DNA of 64,000 nt from the NCBI RefSeq assembly GCF_009834535.1, contig NC_045696.1, positions 74,464,001-74,528,000 of the forward strand, in the 5' to 3' direction. The notes under the pieces are model-generated. The model was not told the origin of the DNA. It ran no database searches and saw nothing but the letters and a program-made list of their open reading frames with translations. Source of the DNA: Camelus ferus. Taxonomy: Eukaryota. Shown one piece after another: positions 39,715 to 53,072 of the stretch. Position 1 is the stretch's first letter. Every line of letters begins with the position of its first letter. The translations under genes and the position numbers were made by a program.

Positions 39715-39960
39715 ATCATAACAAAGCCAGTTTTATTGAGCACTTACTCTGTACTGAGCATTTCGTGTGTGTGTTTATATGAACTATTGCGCTCAGTTCT
39801 TCTGTGGACTCTATGAGTGACTATGCCCTTTGCAGATGAAACTACTGAGGGTTATTGAGATTAAGTAATTTGTCCAGGGTCACCAGGTAGTGGTTAGTGG
39901 TAAAACAGGATTTAGCCCCATGCAGTCTGACTTCAGAGATTAAGCCTTTAATGACTGTTG
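39715..39960 (-). mobile_element. MIR SINE
   Basis: ttttattgagcacttactctgt..ttgcagatgaa..gagattaagtaatttgtccagggtcac..agtctgacttcagag. Confidence 0.85.
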
Positions 39961-40519
39961 TGTAAGGTCTGCTAGTTGTTATATTTTTCTTTTCTAGGTT
40001 AAGCAGATCCCTTTTCTCCTTCAGTTTCTTTTGGAAAGATGCTGAGCTTTTTAAAAATGTGTTTTGGTGGAACATCTCTAGCAATAATGTAAAGGCAATT
40101 GTATGAGAAGCTATGAATGACTGATACAGAGGTTAGCCAACGAAATTATGCCAGGACAACCACAAACACAGTAACGTGCAAATCATAATTTTGATCACAA
40201 TCATAATTTTGAATAAAGAGAGGAAACATTATTTTTAGAATTATTTCATGCTTTTTTCTTTCCCTTCACCTAATTCCGATCATCCAGTGCAATCAACAGC
40301 TGGAGGAATTAAATGCTTTCTTCTCTTGAGAGTGTAATTCCCTAAAATCCAATTAGCTTAAACCAATTAAAGTGCTGTTTTTAAAGCCAAGGCACTTCCA
40401 GGAAGTTGCTGTTAACTGCGGAGCATTTTTAAAAATCATACAAAGAAGAAAAGAAATTCCTACGTCAGAATATATTTGTGAGCTCCAGAGTTCCACCTAC
40501 GTGCCCACAATGGCAGTAT

Positions 40520-40710
40520 CAGAAGTTCCCAGGGCGTGTTTTGTCCCTAGACAGCGGTGTCAGCGTCACCTGGAAACTTGTTAGAAATGATGATTCCACG
40601 ACCCCACCCCACACCTACTGACTCAGAAACCCAGGGGGTGGATCCTGCAGATTGTGCTTAAGCAAGACCTCCAGGTGATTCCAATGTGAACGAAAGCTTG
40701 AGACCTGCCG
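40520..40710 (+). mobile_element. MER5A-like hAT-Charlie MITE
   Basis: tcagcgtcacctggaaacttgttagaaatg..ccccaccccacacctactgactcagaaac..ctccaggtgattc. Confidence 0.85.
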
Positions 40711-42539
40711 GGACAGCCATTGTGCCACCAAAATAGCTGCAACTCAAGTTTATGGGTGTAATTGTCTGGCTTATCATTCCTCTAGTTAAATACTAAGAAA
40801 TGTCTGCAGTTTACAAGCATTACTTATTTGTTTTCCCGTATTACAGTTTTGCCTGTAAAGAAATTGGATGTAAAAAAAAAATGTTACTTGAAAGGAAGGC
40901 TGCTCTTTACTATGTGCTGTAATCTGTATTTCGTTCTCAGTCCTACATCAGCACGCTGGGCACACTGCTGAGTTGCTAAAAAGTTTCAGAACCTTTAGAT
41001 GTATACTGCTCTCAGCTTGAAAACTGCCTCTGTTTACATTCAGTATCTGCTTATATTTTATAACTTTTATTTTATGCTTCCTTGGGCAAAGTAAATAGCT
41101 TTAAAATGTGAGCTCAATAAGATTTGAATTAGTAATAACATAAGGCTTTTCTAACAATGTAGAAAATAGCACTTACCTAAATAGTAATTGTGCTATCAAA
41201 ATAAAATTTCATTTTCACAGTGAGATTCTATTTACACTTGCAGTTTTAAGTAGTAAAGAGAATACGAACTAGTCGACTCCTGAGAGAGAGATTTCCCCTT
41301 CTTCCTGATATATGGTGACTTTTGCATCCTGTGATTCATAATCCACTTGGGTCGTGAAACATTAATGAAAGGAAGCCAGTGACAGTAATGGAGTCCTGTT
41401 AGGTCAGGCTTCACAGGAAAGACATCGTATTTCACTGCTGAAAAGTGCCTCTAATAAATGAAAGTGGCTTGGGACAAAAATATTAGTGCATTCTTTCTTC
41501 TCCTAATGTCATTCATGACGTTATTATATAAGTGCACGAAGTATATTTCTTACCACATGTCCACATTTTTAAAATGTATTTGTTTGCTTATTTCATTAAT
41601 GAAGGAACCAGCAGGAAGGCAAAAGCAAAGGATTAAGGAACAGAGATTTATGTAGCCAGTTGGGAAAGAAATGCCAAAATAAGTTTACCAGGTTAGATAC
41701 AAATTAATTAACTTTCAACAAGACAATAAAGTCATATTATTTTTGAGGTTAGCTTCTCTACCAGGCTGTAACACCCTAACAAGCTATAAATTCTAAAAGG
41801 TTATAAATCGTCTGCACCTTTATATTTGTTGATCAAAAATAGTCACCCAAGAGTGTCAGATGAGGATGGCAGTAGGCTGAATGGGGGCTCCCCAGAAGAC
41901 ATGTTCACATCCTAACCTCTGGGACCCATGATGATCAATCTTGCTTATGTTTTTGGAGATTCCCTCCCCCTCCCTGTCTTAATTGTCTGGATTAGAAAAA
42001 GTTCCATTACCTACCCCCCAAAACCAGGGCTTGCTGGCACAGAACTCTGCCACTCCAGGCACAGGCAGAAAGACAAATCCCGCTCAATCTCCTCTAAACC
42101 CTCCTTAGCCTCTGGACTGGTCAGAAGACCTTGACTGAGGACACAGAGCTTCCTTCTGGGAGTTGGGGAGAGAAATGCCTTTAATTCATTCACTCATATA
42201 TTCCCAGCAGCATTATTTGCAACAAATATTTACTGATTATTTATGGAGCACCTGTTCTTTGCAGGAGATACCAGGGATATGGCAGGGAATACATCAAGGA
42301 GGACAAAACGTAAATTAATGTTCCAATAGATTAACCTTTCACATTCATTAAAGCAAAATACAGTCTGACTATTGTTTATGCTCAAAAGTTTTCCTAATAA
42401 TTACTTCATTATTATTTTCAGTCCACAGTATTCTTGAAGGCTTCTTGGCTGACTCCCTCAACCATGCATGAACCTCCAAGGGACAGCTTTTCTCTATTTT
42501 GCATCTTCTATAATGTTCAGTTGAGCACAGCCTCCTGTG

Positions 42540-42745
42540 AGAGGCACTATAGGTCAGTGGTTATGAGCACGGCCCCAAAGCACCATCCCTGCCACTTACT
42601 AGCTGAGAGACATGGGGCAAGTTAATTAATCTCTCTGTGCCTCAATGTCATGGAGTTTATGGTAATACCTACCTCAGGTTGTTGAAAAGGCATGAATTAT
42701 AGTAAGTAAAGGGCTTGGAGCAGCATCTGGCATGTAGTGAGCCCT
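42540..42745 (+). mobile_element. MIR SINE
   Basis: gtggttatgagcacgg..ctgccacttactagctg..gggcaagttaattaatctctctgtgcctca. Confidence 0.85.
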
Positions 42746-43289
42746 GGTTTTACTCCTGTGTAATCATAAAAGGTCGGGGGGAGGGGTTCCTCTTTAGGAC
42801 CAGTGATGGTGGAGAAAGACTGAGAAACGGCTGAGCAGCATAGATGGTAAGTGCTGGGTGACGAGCCATGTTTTGCTGTAGAACAGTGATTTTCAAACAT
42901 GACTGCTTTTCAAAATCGCCACAGGAGCTTTTCAAACATTTAATGCCCGGGGACCCCAGCTTCATAGATTATATCATTGGTCTGGGTTGGGACCCAGGCC
43001 TGTTCGAGTAATTCCTGTAGAAGCGGAGGTTGAATATCCCTGCATAACATCAGTCTGCCACATCGGCTAAGGAGCCACCCTGCCCCCGCAGTGAAAGGGG
43101 CAGGGAGACTTCGCTGCAAGCCTCTCCCCTCCTCCTCCCCAAGGCCTGGCCTCAGCGTCCTTGGGCATACATCTCTTGTCAGGCCCTGGGCTCTGTCTGG
43201 GCCACTGCAGAAGTTACCACACAAAAACCCTACCCATGTGGATCCCACAGCAGAGCAAGATAGACAAGAAAACAAGCAATTAGGTGGCG

Positions 43290-43610
43290 AAAAATCAGAA
43301 ACACGGGGATAATTCTCATGAGGAGAATTCTGATCAAAGTACAGTATATACTTACTAGGAAATACTGGGGAAAGACTGAGGTAGAGCTACATGAATGAAA
43401 TGTGGAGACTGAAGGATACATTGTTGAGTAGAAAAAAGTAAGCCACAGAATAGCATACCAGTTGTGTTTAAAAAGAATTTTTGAAACACATTGCAATATT
43501 CTATCTACGGGTGTGTAAATATATGTTACTTCAAAGAAAAAAGGTCTAGCATTACACTTTCTTCATGATTAATTTTTTTCAAAAAGAATGTATTCATTGT
43601 GGAATTAAAA
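43290..43610 (+). mobile_element. Old L1M 3'UTR fragment
   Basis: gtacagtatata..gtagagctacatgaat..tgttgagtagaaaaaagtaagccacagaatagcata. Confidence 0.55.
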
Positions 43611-44315
43611 AGTAATAATTTTCTTTTAATTTCAGCAAACCCCTTATGGGGGATCTTCTGGAAATATTTGCATTTAGCCAAGTTCTGTATCACATTACCT
43701 GTTAATTGTGAAAAAGCAGTTGGTGTTACCAGACGAGATTTTACCTAAGTGATTTTATTATTTAGCAGAGAGCAGCGTCCTGAGGACACAGGACATGAGG
43801 CAGGTGTGTGCCAAAAGAGGGGAGGCCAAGGAAAGGGAATTCAGCAGGATGCCCTGCTGTGTTTCTAAGGAGAAAGACCTGGCAGCTGCCGTCCATCTCC
43901 GCAGCTTTCACAGTTTCACATGAGGCTGGTCCTCCTAACAAGCTGAAAGCTCAGATAGCTTTTATGCCCAGCCCGCTAACGGAGATTCTCCTTCCTAGCT
44001 GCATATTAGCATCACATGGGGAGACTTAACTAAAATAGCAACGCCCAGAACGAAGACCAATGAGAAGTAAGATCTTTGGGAGGTTGAGCCTAGGCGTTGG
44101 TTTTAATAGGACCAGAGCTGAGCTCCACTGTTCCGGGACTTGTACACGTTTTGGCGTCTTTCCCGTTTGGGCAACGTCATGCTCGCAAAGTAGTACAAAA
44201 ATGACATCAGTTGCAGGTTCTTAAACTCTAGGGGACTATGGGAAAAGGAAAAATATTTGCATTTTTGTATTACGTGATTCCAAAACTATAACACCACGTG
44301 TTTGGTTTATTTCAG

Positions 44316-44411
44316 GCTCGACTGACCAAGGAACAGCGCTGGGGAAGCGCTTTGCTTTCCAGAAACCACTCCTTAGAAGAGGAATTTGAAAGGGCAAAAG
44401 CAGCAGTGGAG
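44316..44411 (+). CDS. PEX5L: PEX5L exon 9, ARLTKEQRWGSALLSRNHSLEEEFERAKAAVE (96 nt, phase 0-0); start of the core that binds the HCN cyclic-nucleotide-binding domain
   Basis: Acceptor tttatttcAG, donor GAG|GTAACT. Contains the conserved RNHSLEEEF motif. Confidence 0.98.
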
Positions 44412-46859
44412 GTAACTTGTTTGTTTTTGTGTTTCATGTTTCTGAGAGTGGAATTCAGAAAAACTCAGACTTCAGCAGGATACTATGAAATGGGTCTTGC
44501 TTTTTAGACATGAAATAACCATAACTGTGATTGTTAGGATGAAACCTGTTACTAGAAAACTTTTGACTTCCCACAGGAGTGACTAATAGGTGTTATCTTT
44601 TATGCCAATTCTGTGGTAGCTGAGCAGCGGCTGTCTGGAGTCTTGGGTCAGAAAGAACTCTGAGCCTTGTCTGGGTTCCGTGATGAACCTGTGCTCTGTA
44701 TTTGCTGTGCTTCTGTGAGGCCAAGGTTCATGCCTGATGTTTTTATCTCTGGCATCTAGCACAATGTCTGAAATCTAGAAGGTCTTGATGCGCCTGAAGT
44801 ATTATACATTTTCCTAAGTGGGTGGGGAAAACGGCAGGGCTGAGATAGTCTAAGCAATTGGATAGCTCATCTCAACTTGAGCCATAATTTTTTACTGTTA
44901 GGAGTGTCCAAAACAGTAACAATGTTGATAAGTCAAATGAAATACTTAATTTGAATATTAACGTCCTTATTTAGGCTTCTACTGAGAGAGAGAGAAAGAA
45001 AGGAAAAAGGGAAGCCAAAAAAACAGCATCCTTTGCTGTTTGTATCCCTTTGCTTCCTGGTTAGAATCACAGAATGTGTCACAGACGCCCTCTGATTCTC
45101 ACCGGAGCTTTGCTAGTTTGCTATTTGAGAGTGGAGCTTTTCCCCAAACCCAAGTATGAACTTGTCGGAACCTCCATTTTTATTACTGATACGAAATCTT
45201 GAAAATTGAAAGTATTTCTGTAATAGGGTTCATTTATGTGTCTTAAGACTAGAATTTGGATGAATTATTGTACTGTGGGCAATCTTTCAGTAACTCCATA
45301 CTTGAAGTACAATTAAATCATATTTGCAATTAAAAGTATTCTTTATATTCTAGGAAATAATTCCAGCCAAATTTCTTATCATTCAGAAACCCAGTAACAC
45401 TTTTATCTCATCACAATGCAACCCACCCAAATTTCTTCTAATTTTAACTTTTTGTTTGTTTGTTTAAAAAATAGTTAATGCACATTTAGGGTTCTTGAAT
45501 GTGATCAACTGATTTGATTGAGACCAGCTGAGTTCAATCAAATTATTCAACTGCATGGAGCCTGCAGCTCAGTTTATCTTTAAAGTGTAGATTTTCCCAG
45601 ACTTAAGAGCAAATTTAAATTTATCTTTTGAACTCCTACTGTGCGTACACACTGAATTAGCACTAAAAAGAAGAGTATTTAGAACTATAGGATCTTAGGG
45701 CAGTAAAGACTTTAGAATTTATCTGGTCCCATTTATAATGAAGAGACAGTGGGTTCACACTCAAAAGACAGTTACAAAGAAATATAGCAACAAGGGAAAT
45801 TCTCCATCTATCTATCCATATATATTCATAAAATCACTTAATCTTAGTTCTGGTAGAGACCTTAGAAGTCATCTGTCTCCACCAGATACGCAAAACAATT
45901 TTTTTCTCTTTTCAAACATAATTGACAAGTTATTTATTGAAACACACCTGTTTCTACTTGAACACTTCCAATTAGGGGCAACTCACTTCTTTTCAAGAAA
46001 ACCTATTTCGGTTTTGGACAATCTTAACTATTAAAAAGCTCTTCCCTGAAATTTGCCCCCTAGCCACTACCAGCTTTGCTTATCCCTGGCTTCGCCCTCC
46101 CAGAACAAGGCAGAATGAGTTGAATCTCTTTACATGACGCCCATCTCACCCCAGAAAGCCTTTTTTTCTCCTGGCTTCTCCTTGTCTCTCCTGGGAGTTA
46201 GAAGACCTGAGTTGTTATTCCAACCTGTCACTAATAACTAAAGAACATCTTATTAACCAACATGAATCTCATTTTCCACACCTCTATGGTCCCCTCCAGC
46301 TACAAAATCCTAAAAGGCTATACGTTTTTTCAGGTAGTCATTCAGCAAACATTACTGGCTGTCTACATGTGCTGGCTGCTGAACTCCGTACTAAAGATAA
46401 AGAAATGAGCCAGCTTTGAGTAGCTGTCTAACAATGGCCTGGACCAGATGACCAACTGGACAAATCACTTGCTCCCTCTACTAGTTTCTTAATGTTAAGA
46501 TGAGGGGCTTGGATTTCTAATATACTAAAAACGCTATAAGTTTATAGCTTCAGGTAAAGTGAATGATAAGTAAGAATTTTCAGTAGATCAGAAACTGGTA
46601 AGCAAATTTGCTCAGCTAGAAGCCCAGAACTGAGTAGCTTCCTTAAGGAATGAGGAAGGTTGATGCTGACCAGAAGGTGTGAACAGTGTGGAGAAAAAAG
46701 GCACAAGGTTGGGGTGAGACTGTATTTCACTAGGCTCATGGTAAATCAGACATACAAAAATGCACACATCTGTGAACTACTTACTTACTTCCCAACATTA
46801 CTGTTACCCAGGGTATAATCAAAGTCCATAGTAGAAGACATAATAAAGTGCTTCAAAGA

Positions 46860-47590
46860 GTCTTGGAAATATACCTGCCCCTTGACCCAGCCACCTCTTA
46901 GAATTTATCCTAGAGAAATAACCATGAAAGTTTGCAATATTTTATCTGTAGAATTTTTTTAATAGTGAAAATTTGGAAATAGCCCAAGTGTCCCATAACA
47001 GAGAATTAACTAAATTACTATCGCTGTAGTAAAATGCTATGTAACCATTAAAAACTACATAGAAAAATATTTAAGATAATGAAAAAATATCTAGTGATAA
47101 TTGAAATAGTAGTTTATATGCTGACAGTTTTACAGTATGATCCCAACTTCATAAAATGTTAATAGCATAATACCTAACATGTTTGAGTCCACCCTGTGTG
47201 CCAGGCACTACCTCAGGAACATTGCGTGGATTCGCATTTAATCCTCACAGCAGTCCTATGACCAAGATATTATTACTGTTCTCATTCTGCAGATGAGAAA
47301 ACAGGCTTACGAGATATTGTGTACAGTTATGTGGCATTTTATAAGCGATTAAGATAGACTGAGAAATGAACAACCCTCATTTAGCAGGTTACAAAGCCAT
47401 GATTTTTCACCCAGACTCAGAGCCCAGATTCTAAATCACTGCACTATAGAAGCATAAAGAGAGTCTGTGCCCAAATGTTAACAGTAGTTATCCCTGAGTG
47501 GCTGGATTTAGAGTGATTTTATTTCTTCCATTAGCTTATCTGCATTTTCCAAATGTTCCATCATAAACACGTATTATGTTGGTAATCAAG
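46860..47590 (+). mobile_element. Old L1M(E) 3' fragment interrupted by a minus-strand MIR (about 47160-47450)
   Basis: ccccttgacccagc..tagaatttatcctagagaaataa..aatttggaaatagcccaagtgtcc; MIR core gtgccaggcact..atttaatcctcacagc..gcagatgagaaaac; L1 resumes at ccaaatgttaacagtagttatccctgag. Confidence 0.7.
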
Positions 47591-47849
47591 GGAAAAGTGG
47601 TGAGTTACAGACCCTGTAGTGGAATCTAAGATTCTCAAAAGAACTAAAAGTGTCACATTTTTCATCTGAAGACCAATAAAGAATGGCAGTGCAGATTGGC
47701 TTCATCAGAGACTGTTCTAAATGCTAGTAAGACCCAGATGGAAACCATGCCTGGAGCAAGCTGAATTTTTGCAGACTCTCCATTTTTATATCCTCTGATT
47801 CCAGTTTTCCTTCTATTCCACATTCTATCCCATTCTTAAACCCTGATTT

Positions 47850-48330
47850 TTTTGGTCATCATTCTGTCTCATGACCTGGCACCTGATCCCCTTTCCAGCT
47901 CCTCTGCTCCTCGTCCCCACGTGAGCCCCGGGGGCACTGCCGTGCTCTGTTCATCCTGCACAGCAGCCTCACTGCCCGCTGTCTCCATGCTGGCTTTCCG
48001 CTGTGGGGCATACTCTTCCCCTAGATCCTCCTGTGGCAGGTTCCTTCCTGTCATTCAAGTTCTAGCCTGAGTGTCAGAGCCTCAGACACTCAGAGCCGAA
48101 CCTGACCACCAGTTGCTATCACAGCGCCCAGAGTTTTGTTTTCCCCCCTTATATTTATCACTTTGTCTTTTCTTACTTGTTTTCATTTATCTGTTTGTTG
48201 TCTGGCTCTCCACTCTCAAATGTAACCTCTGTGAGAAAAGGGATCTTGTCTCTTATTTAACATTGTACCCCAAGATCTAGAACAATGCCTGGTACTTAGT
48301 AACTATTGAATAAATATTTTTCAAATTAAC
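47850..48330 (+). mobile_element. L2 3' fragment
   Basis: catgacctggcacctg..tgtaacctctgtgag..gggatcttgtct..tagaacaatgcctggtacttagt..aataaatattt. Confidence 0.8.
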
Positions 48331-49257
48331 AGATAATTGTTAATTGCCTAATGTGAACAACACTTCTATCTATTGTTTCCTATAAAGGGCCATATCGCCT
48401 TCTGATGTAATTTAGTGTTTGCATTTTCACAGCTGATGTAAACAATTTCATCTGTGGCGTGCAGGTTTCTGCCAGGGACTGTGCTGAAGTGTCTGTGGCT
48501 GGTCTTGGTCTCAGTGTCGGTCAGTGAGATGCATTTATAACAATGCGGGTAACACCAGCCCATCGTGCCATGGAATAACGTTAGGCATGTTTTATATTTT
48601 GCGTGGAACAAACTAGTCAATATTTACACTACGTAATACCCGACAATATGCAATTCAACTAACATTGAGCTCAAATGCCCTAAAATACAATCTTTTCTGC
48701 TAGAGGGAAGGCAATGAGCACCACGTGCACACTGATTGCATGTCTTCAGTGACCTGGAAACCTGTTCAGGTGCACAAGCTAACATTGTTCAAGTGCAAGT
48801 TGAACGGTTAGATCTAGCAAGGCCTTGTATGGGTGAACCTTTTTGCCTCCATACCTTACATTTTATTGAAAAATCACTGAAAATTCATCTCAGCTTTAAA
48901 GTATTGTAAATTTTAGGACAAAGAGCCAAATATTTCTATTTTGGGGCTTTAAAAAAAAAAAAGCCTCTTTCCTGGAGGGACTTCCTCCATGCCTCCTCCT
49001 GGATTTTCTTCCTAGCCCGCAGCCTAAATGCACCATCAGCTACAATGAGTTCCCTGGGAAAGATGCACAGGGAGGCGCAGGAGGGAGAAGCCGGGAGAAG
49101 CCCCAGAGGCTCAGTAAGGCCTAGAGAGAACTATGCTGCATCCGCGGAGGCGAGTGGAGGTCACGTGGGCAGTCAGCACACCCACACCCACACATCAGGA
49201 AGACCTCTCATCACTGTTAGGGAGGGAGGGAGCCAGGCAGCATCTGGTACTGTGTTT

Positions 49258-49462
49258 TTTTCTGTTTTGTTTTCTTTTTTTTTTTTTTTTTTTCATTAAA
49301 GGATATTACAAGATACTGAACTTAGTTCCCTGTGCAATACAGAAGAAACTTTTTAACCTATTTATATATATATATTGGCTAACATTTGTAAATTTCAAAC
49401 TACCAAATATTCCCCCCCACCCTTTCCCCAGTAACCATAAGATTGTTTACTCTGTGAGTCTT
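49258..49462 (-). mobile_element. Young, short 5'-truncated L1 3' end with perfect 15-bp TSD
   Basis: poly(T) tail then L1 3'UTR (ttacaagatactgaac..agttccctgtgcaatacag..gtaaccataag); TCTGGTACTGTGTTT at 49243-49257 and 49463-49477. Confidence 0.9.
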
Positions 49463-52252
49463 TCTGGTACTGTGTTTAGCTAGTCAGCCTCTCGAGGTGC
49501 CTCAGACTTCAAAATAAACTGCATGTAGCAACAGACTAGTCAGACATGTTTAAGCTCTTTCTGTGGGCCATGCGCTCGGCGAGGGACTAGGAATAGAAAA
49601 TGAGTAAGACAGCTCTGCCCTTAAAGATCGGGGAGAATGGCAGATATTTGCAGCTCAGGAGATCACCACGTGCAGCTTATCCCACGGTGTCATTATGGAT
49701 TTACACGTCCATCTCCTGCTAAATTTTGACTTCTTACACGTGGGATCGTGTCTCATCTTGCTAGATGCTCTTAGCACCTTTCAGAGAGGCTGAAGCAGAA
49801 CAAGGCGCCGCAAACTTCTGCTGGATAAATAAATGAACAAATTAGCAATTTATTCCTCTAATGCATCTATTTTATCTAAGCACCTCTTTCATGCGTGCTT
49901 CAGAAATACCAGAACTTGCTGACTAATAGAAGACAAACTTGTGCCCTGTCAAGCCTCACTGAAAGCTGCCTCCTGACTTCCCATTTCTGTGTCCTGTCTC
50001 AGGGGACACAGCTCACAAGATAACCCCTCTTCAGACCTGGGGCTAACTTTCCCTCAGTAGCACTGGATGAAAAAACAAAGGCAAATTAGTAATGACTGTT
50101 TAAAAATATGGATAATGAAAGAGTTCAATGCTAACTAGTAATTCTTTGGTCTAGATGTGTAAGTGACCTTTATCTCTGTTAAGTTTAACCAAGAAGTGTC
50201 ATGTTCAAAACAACGTACAACCAAACCCGGCTCTAGTGACATAAACTTAAGAATTCTTTCCATACAGAAATTTTGTTTCCACCTGAAGTTATTCTCTGTG
50301 TATACACCATGGATCTGATAGGCAACTCAGAAATATTAAATGATTGAAGAAAATTGGAGACCATTCTTGAACTGCTTTTATTAATACAGGATTATGTAAG
50401 AAACTGCTGACTTGGGTGCCCTCCTACCAAGAAGATTATCTGTCTCTGCCACCCCCTCGTATTTTCTCTTGCTTTCTATGACAGTGTCACCTTTTTGAAG
50501 TAGGAGGAAGAGATTAATGGATTAAACACTACTTAAATCATTCTGACTTAGATTCAATTTCCAAAAAAGAGAAAATCTTCTGAAAATATGTGGAGACATT
50601 CTTTGGGCAATGTTGAAGGAATCTTGAGGTTAACTGCTTGAGATACATTTTTCCTAAAGCTTAGCACATCATGTTAGCTATCGTGTTTCCCATGTCAAAT
50701 TGTAGATAGATCACATAAAGATTAGATGTGCTGCGAGTTCATTGGGAAACTGGCGGCTGTGCTCTCAAAATGATTCAATGTCCTTCCATTTTAAACAAAG
50801 AAAAGTTGATTTCCAAAAACAGTATGAAGCATAGATGAGAAATATTGTTGAGTGACTAGTGATAAACCCTCATAGGTGATATGGGTGGAAGTATAAAGAG
50901 GTGTGAGATGGTCTTAGATAAATTTATGGATAAGCAATTCATTTAAAGGAAGAGAGATATTTAGAGTTCACTGATAATTTTTTAAGTCGGTGTTTTGAAC
51001 GGCTACCAAAATCTTTCCCTGCCCCTTGATATCCTCTGTGTAAATACTAAAGTAAATAAATCTTTGACTTGACCCATTTTAAAAAAACTTCAGTTATCCA
51101 CAGACTGGTCTTCTAGACTATCATGTGTAGACAAGCTCCAGACCAAAAAGTAGCTTAGCTAAATTCCCTTCACTCCCAGACTAGCAGGCAGATCTCTTCC
51201 ATGCCACCGCTCAGGGCCCTGCGTTCCCTGCAGTTTGTTTCCCCTTGACCTTGGGGTGTTATCCTCCCCTGCATGGTCAAAGCCACGTTGCAGGTGTGTG
51301 TCTCCAGCCCCTACGAAGGCAAGGAGAGGTGGAGGCAGACCCACTTTCCTCAAAGTTCAGGCCCAGGTCACATCTGCTCACGGTCTACTGGCTGGAGCTC
51401 AGTTAAGCACCCACACCACCACCACACCTCCCCCACCCAAACCGCAGGGGAGGCTGCGAAACGACCACAGTTCTGTCAGGAAAGGAAGTTGCGTCTTGAC
51501 TGACGGCTAGCAGTCTGTGCCGCGCGCACCGTGCAGCTCTGATATTTGTATGAAAGTTAGAAATCCTCTCTTTCTCAATCTCTTTTTCTCTTTCCTAGAT
51601 TTTTTAACTTTTAGGACCAATTATTAAATAATTTTCTAGGAATTTTATTTCTGTGGGAGGAATAACATCCTTCTACTCATCTGGAACATTCAGAACCCCA
51701 CCTCTTGCTTAGCAGTGCCGTGCCATGTAACCCAATCACCGGCTTTCTACAAAGCTTCCTGTGATGTTGAATATCATTGTTCCTGGTTTATCGTAAAGGA
51801 AGAAAAATGAGATCTGCAGGTTGGTTAATGCCTTATTCTTGTCAAATAGCAAAGTCAGGGGTTAAAATAATTCTAGTCTTTAGTACTGTGTTCAGGTCAG
51901 TAGAGCCATCTTTCCATTTTGATTTTAAATGACTTTTTATAAAATCAAGATACTGATGATGAGAGATCTCTCTTTTTTAATGACAAAAACTTAAACTGCT
52001 CGTTGATTTAATAAGTAGAACACCAAACTCAACCCTACAGGGTTCAGTAAATAATCAATAAACTCCCTGTGGGCAAATTGGATTTCCTTTATTCATGTGA
52101 CTAGGGCGTATAGTATACCACACAGTGTTGATACACAGCTGATGTTCAATACATAAATATTTTCTATTGATTAAGAAAGTGGTCCTTTTCCATGAGGGTA
52201 ACCAGTCTTCCTTCTTCCTCCCAGATGATCGGTCATCTGCCCCTTAGATCTT

Positions 52253-52731
52253 ATATCAGTCAGGGGTCTCCAGAGAAACACAACCAGTAGGATATATAGA
52301 TAAAGGCAGACAGAGAGACTGAGATTTATTATAAATAATTGGCTCACAGGATTATGGAGGCTGAGAAGTCCCACAGTCTGCCAGCTGCAAGCTAGAGACC
52401 CAGGAAAGCTGGTGGTGGAGTTCCGGTCCAAATCTAAAGGCCTGAGGACCAGAAGACTCAATGGTGTAAGTCCCAGTCTGAGGACAGGAGACCATGTTGT
52501 AGCTCAGCAGACAAGAGAAAGAAGGAATTCTTCCTTCCTCTGCCTTTTTGTTCTATTCAGGCCCTCAACAGATTAGGTGATGGCCACCTACATTGGAGAG
52601 GGCCAGTGCTTTACTCAGTCTACCAATTCAAATGCTAATCTCATATAGAAACAGGCACACGCAGGGATGTTTAACCAAACATCTGGGTACTCTATGGCCC
52701 AGTCGAGTTGATACAAAAGATTAGCCGACAC
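52253..52731 (-). mobile_element. ERVL solo LTR (MLT2B-like)
   Basis: tcagtcaggggtctccagagaaacacaacc..attggctcacaggattatggaggctgagaagtccc..ttcaaatgctaatctc. Confidence 0.9.
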
Positions 52732-53072
52732 GGGTCTTAATGACATTCCCAGAGATCCCCAGTCTTCTCTGGAACCTCTGGTACTTAACAGTGAGAGATG
52801 TCACAGGCCATTTTAGTTTGTGCTTCATGCCAGGGATTCATAGTGCTCACCTCATCACCTTACGGAGGGGCTGAAATCCAGAGACACTATGGAACTTGCC
52901 CAAACATATGCAGCTGATTACTTGCAGGCAGAACTCGAAGCTGCATTTGTACATTCCCCTGGAGCTGTTGATAAAGGGAGAAACTTCTGGATTCAGAGAG
53001 TAAACAACATTAAAAGTTACTCAGACTTGGAATTTGGTTAGGGATTTCTTTTTCTTTTCTTACATCAGATTT

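Larger units (their letters stand above)
10699..44411 (+). other. PEX5L: PEX5L/TRIP8b gene, internal part (exons 3b to 9); the gene extends beyond both window edges
   Basis: Spliced exons give the recognisable TRIP8b N-terminal region GKGSRAADKAVAM...LVNEQQESRPLL...DIQTQLEKWDDVKF...RNHSLEEEFERAKAAVE. All have AG/GT boundaries and matching phases, apart from the +1 base inside exon 6. Confidence 0.98.

Noticed and set aside
10699..44411. PEX5L as an old pseudogene
   Set aside because: Only one lesion; all other exons are open and conserved with intact splice sites.
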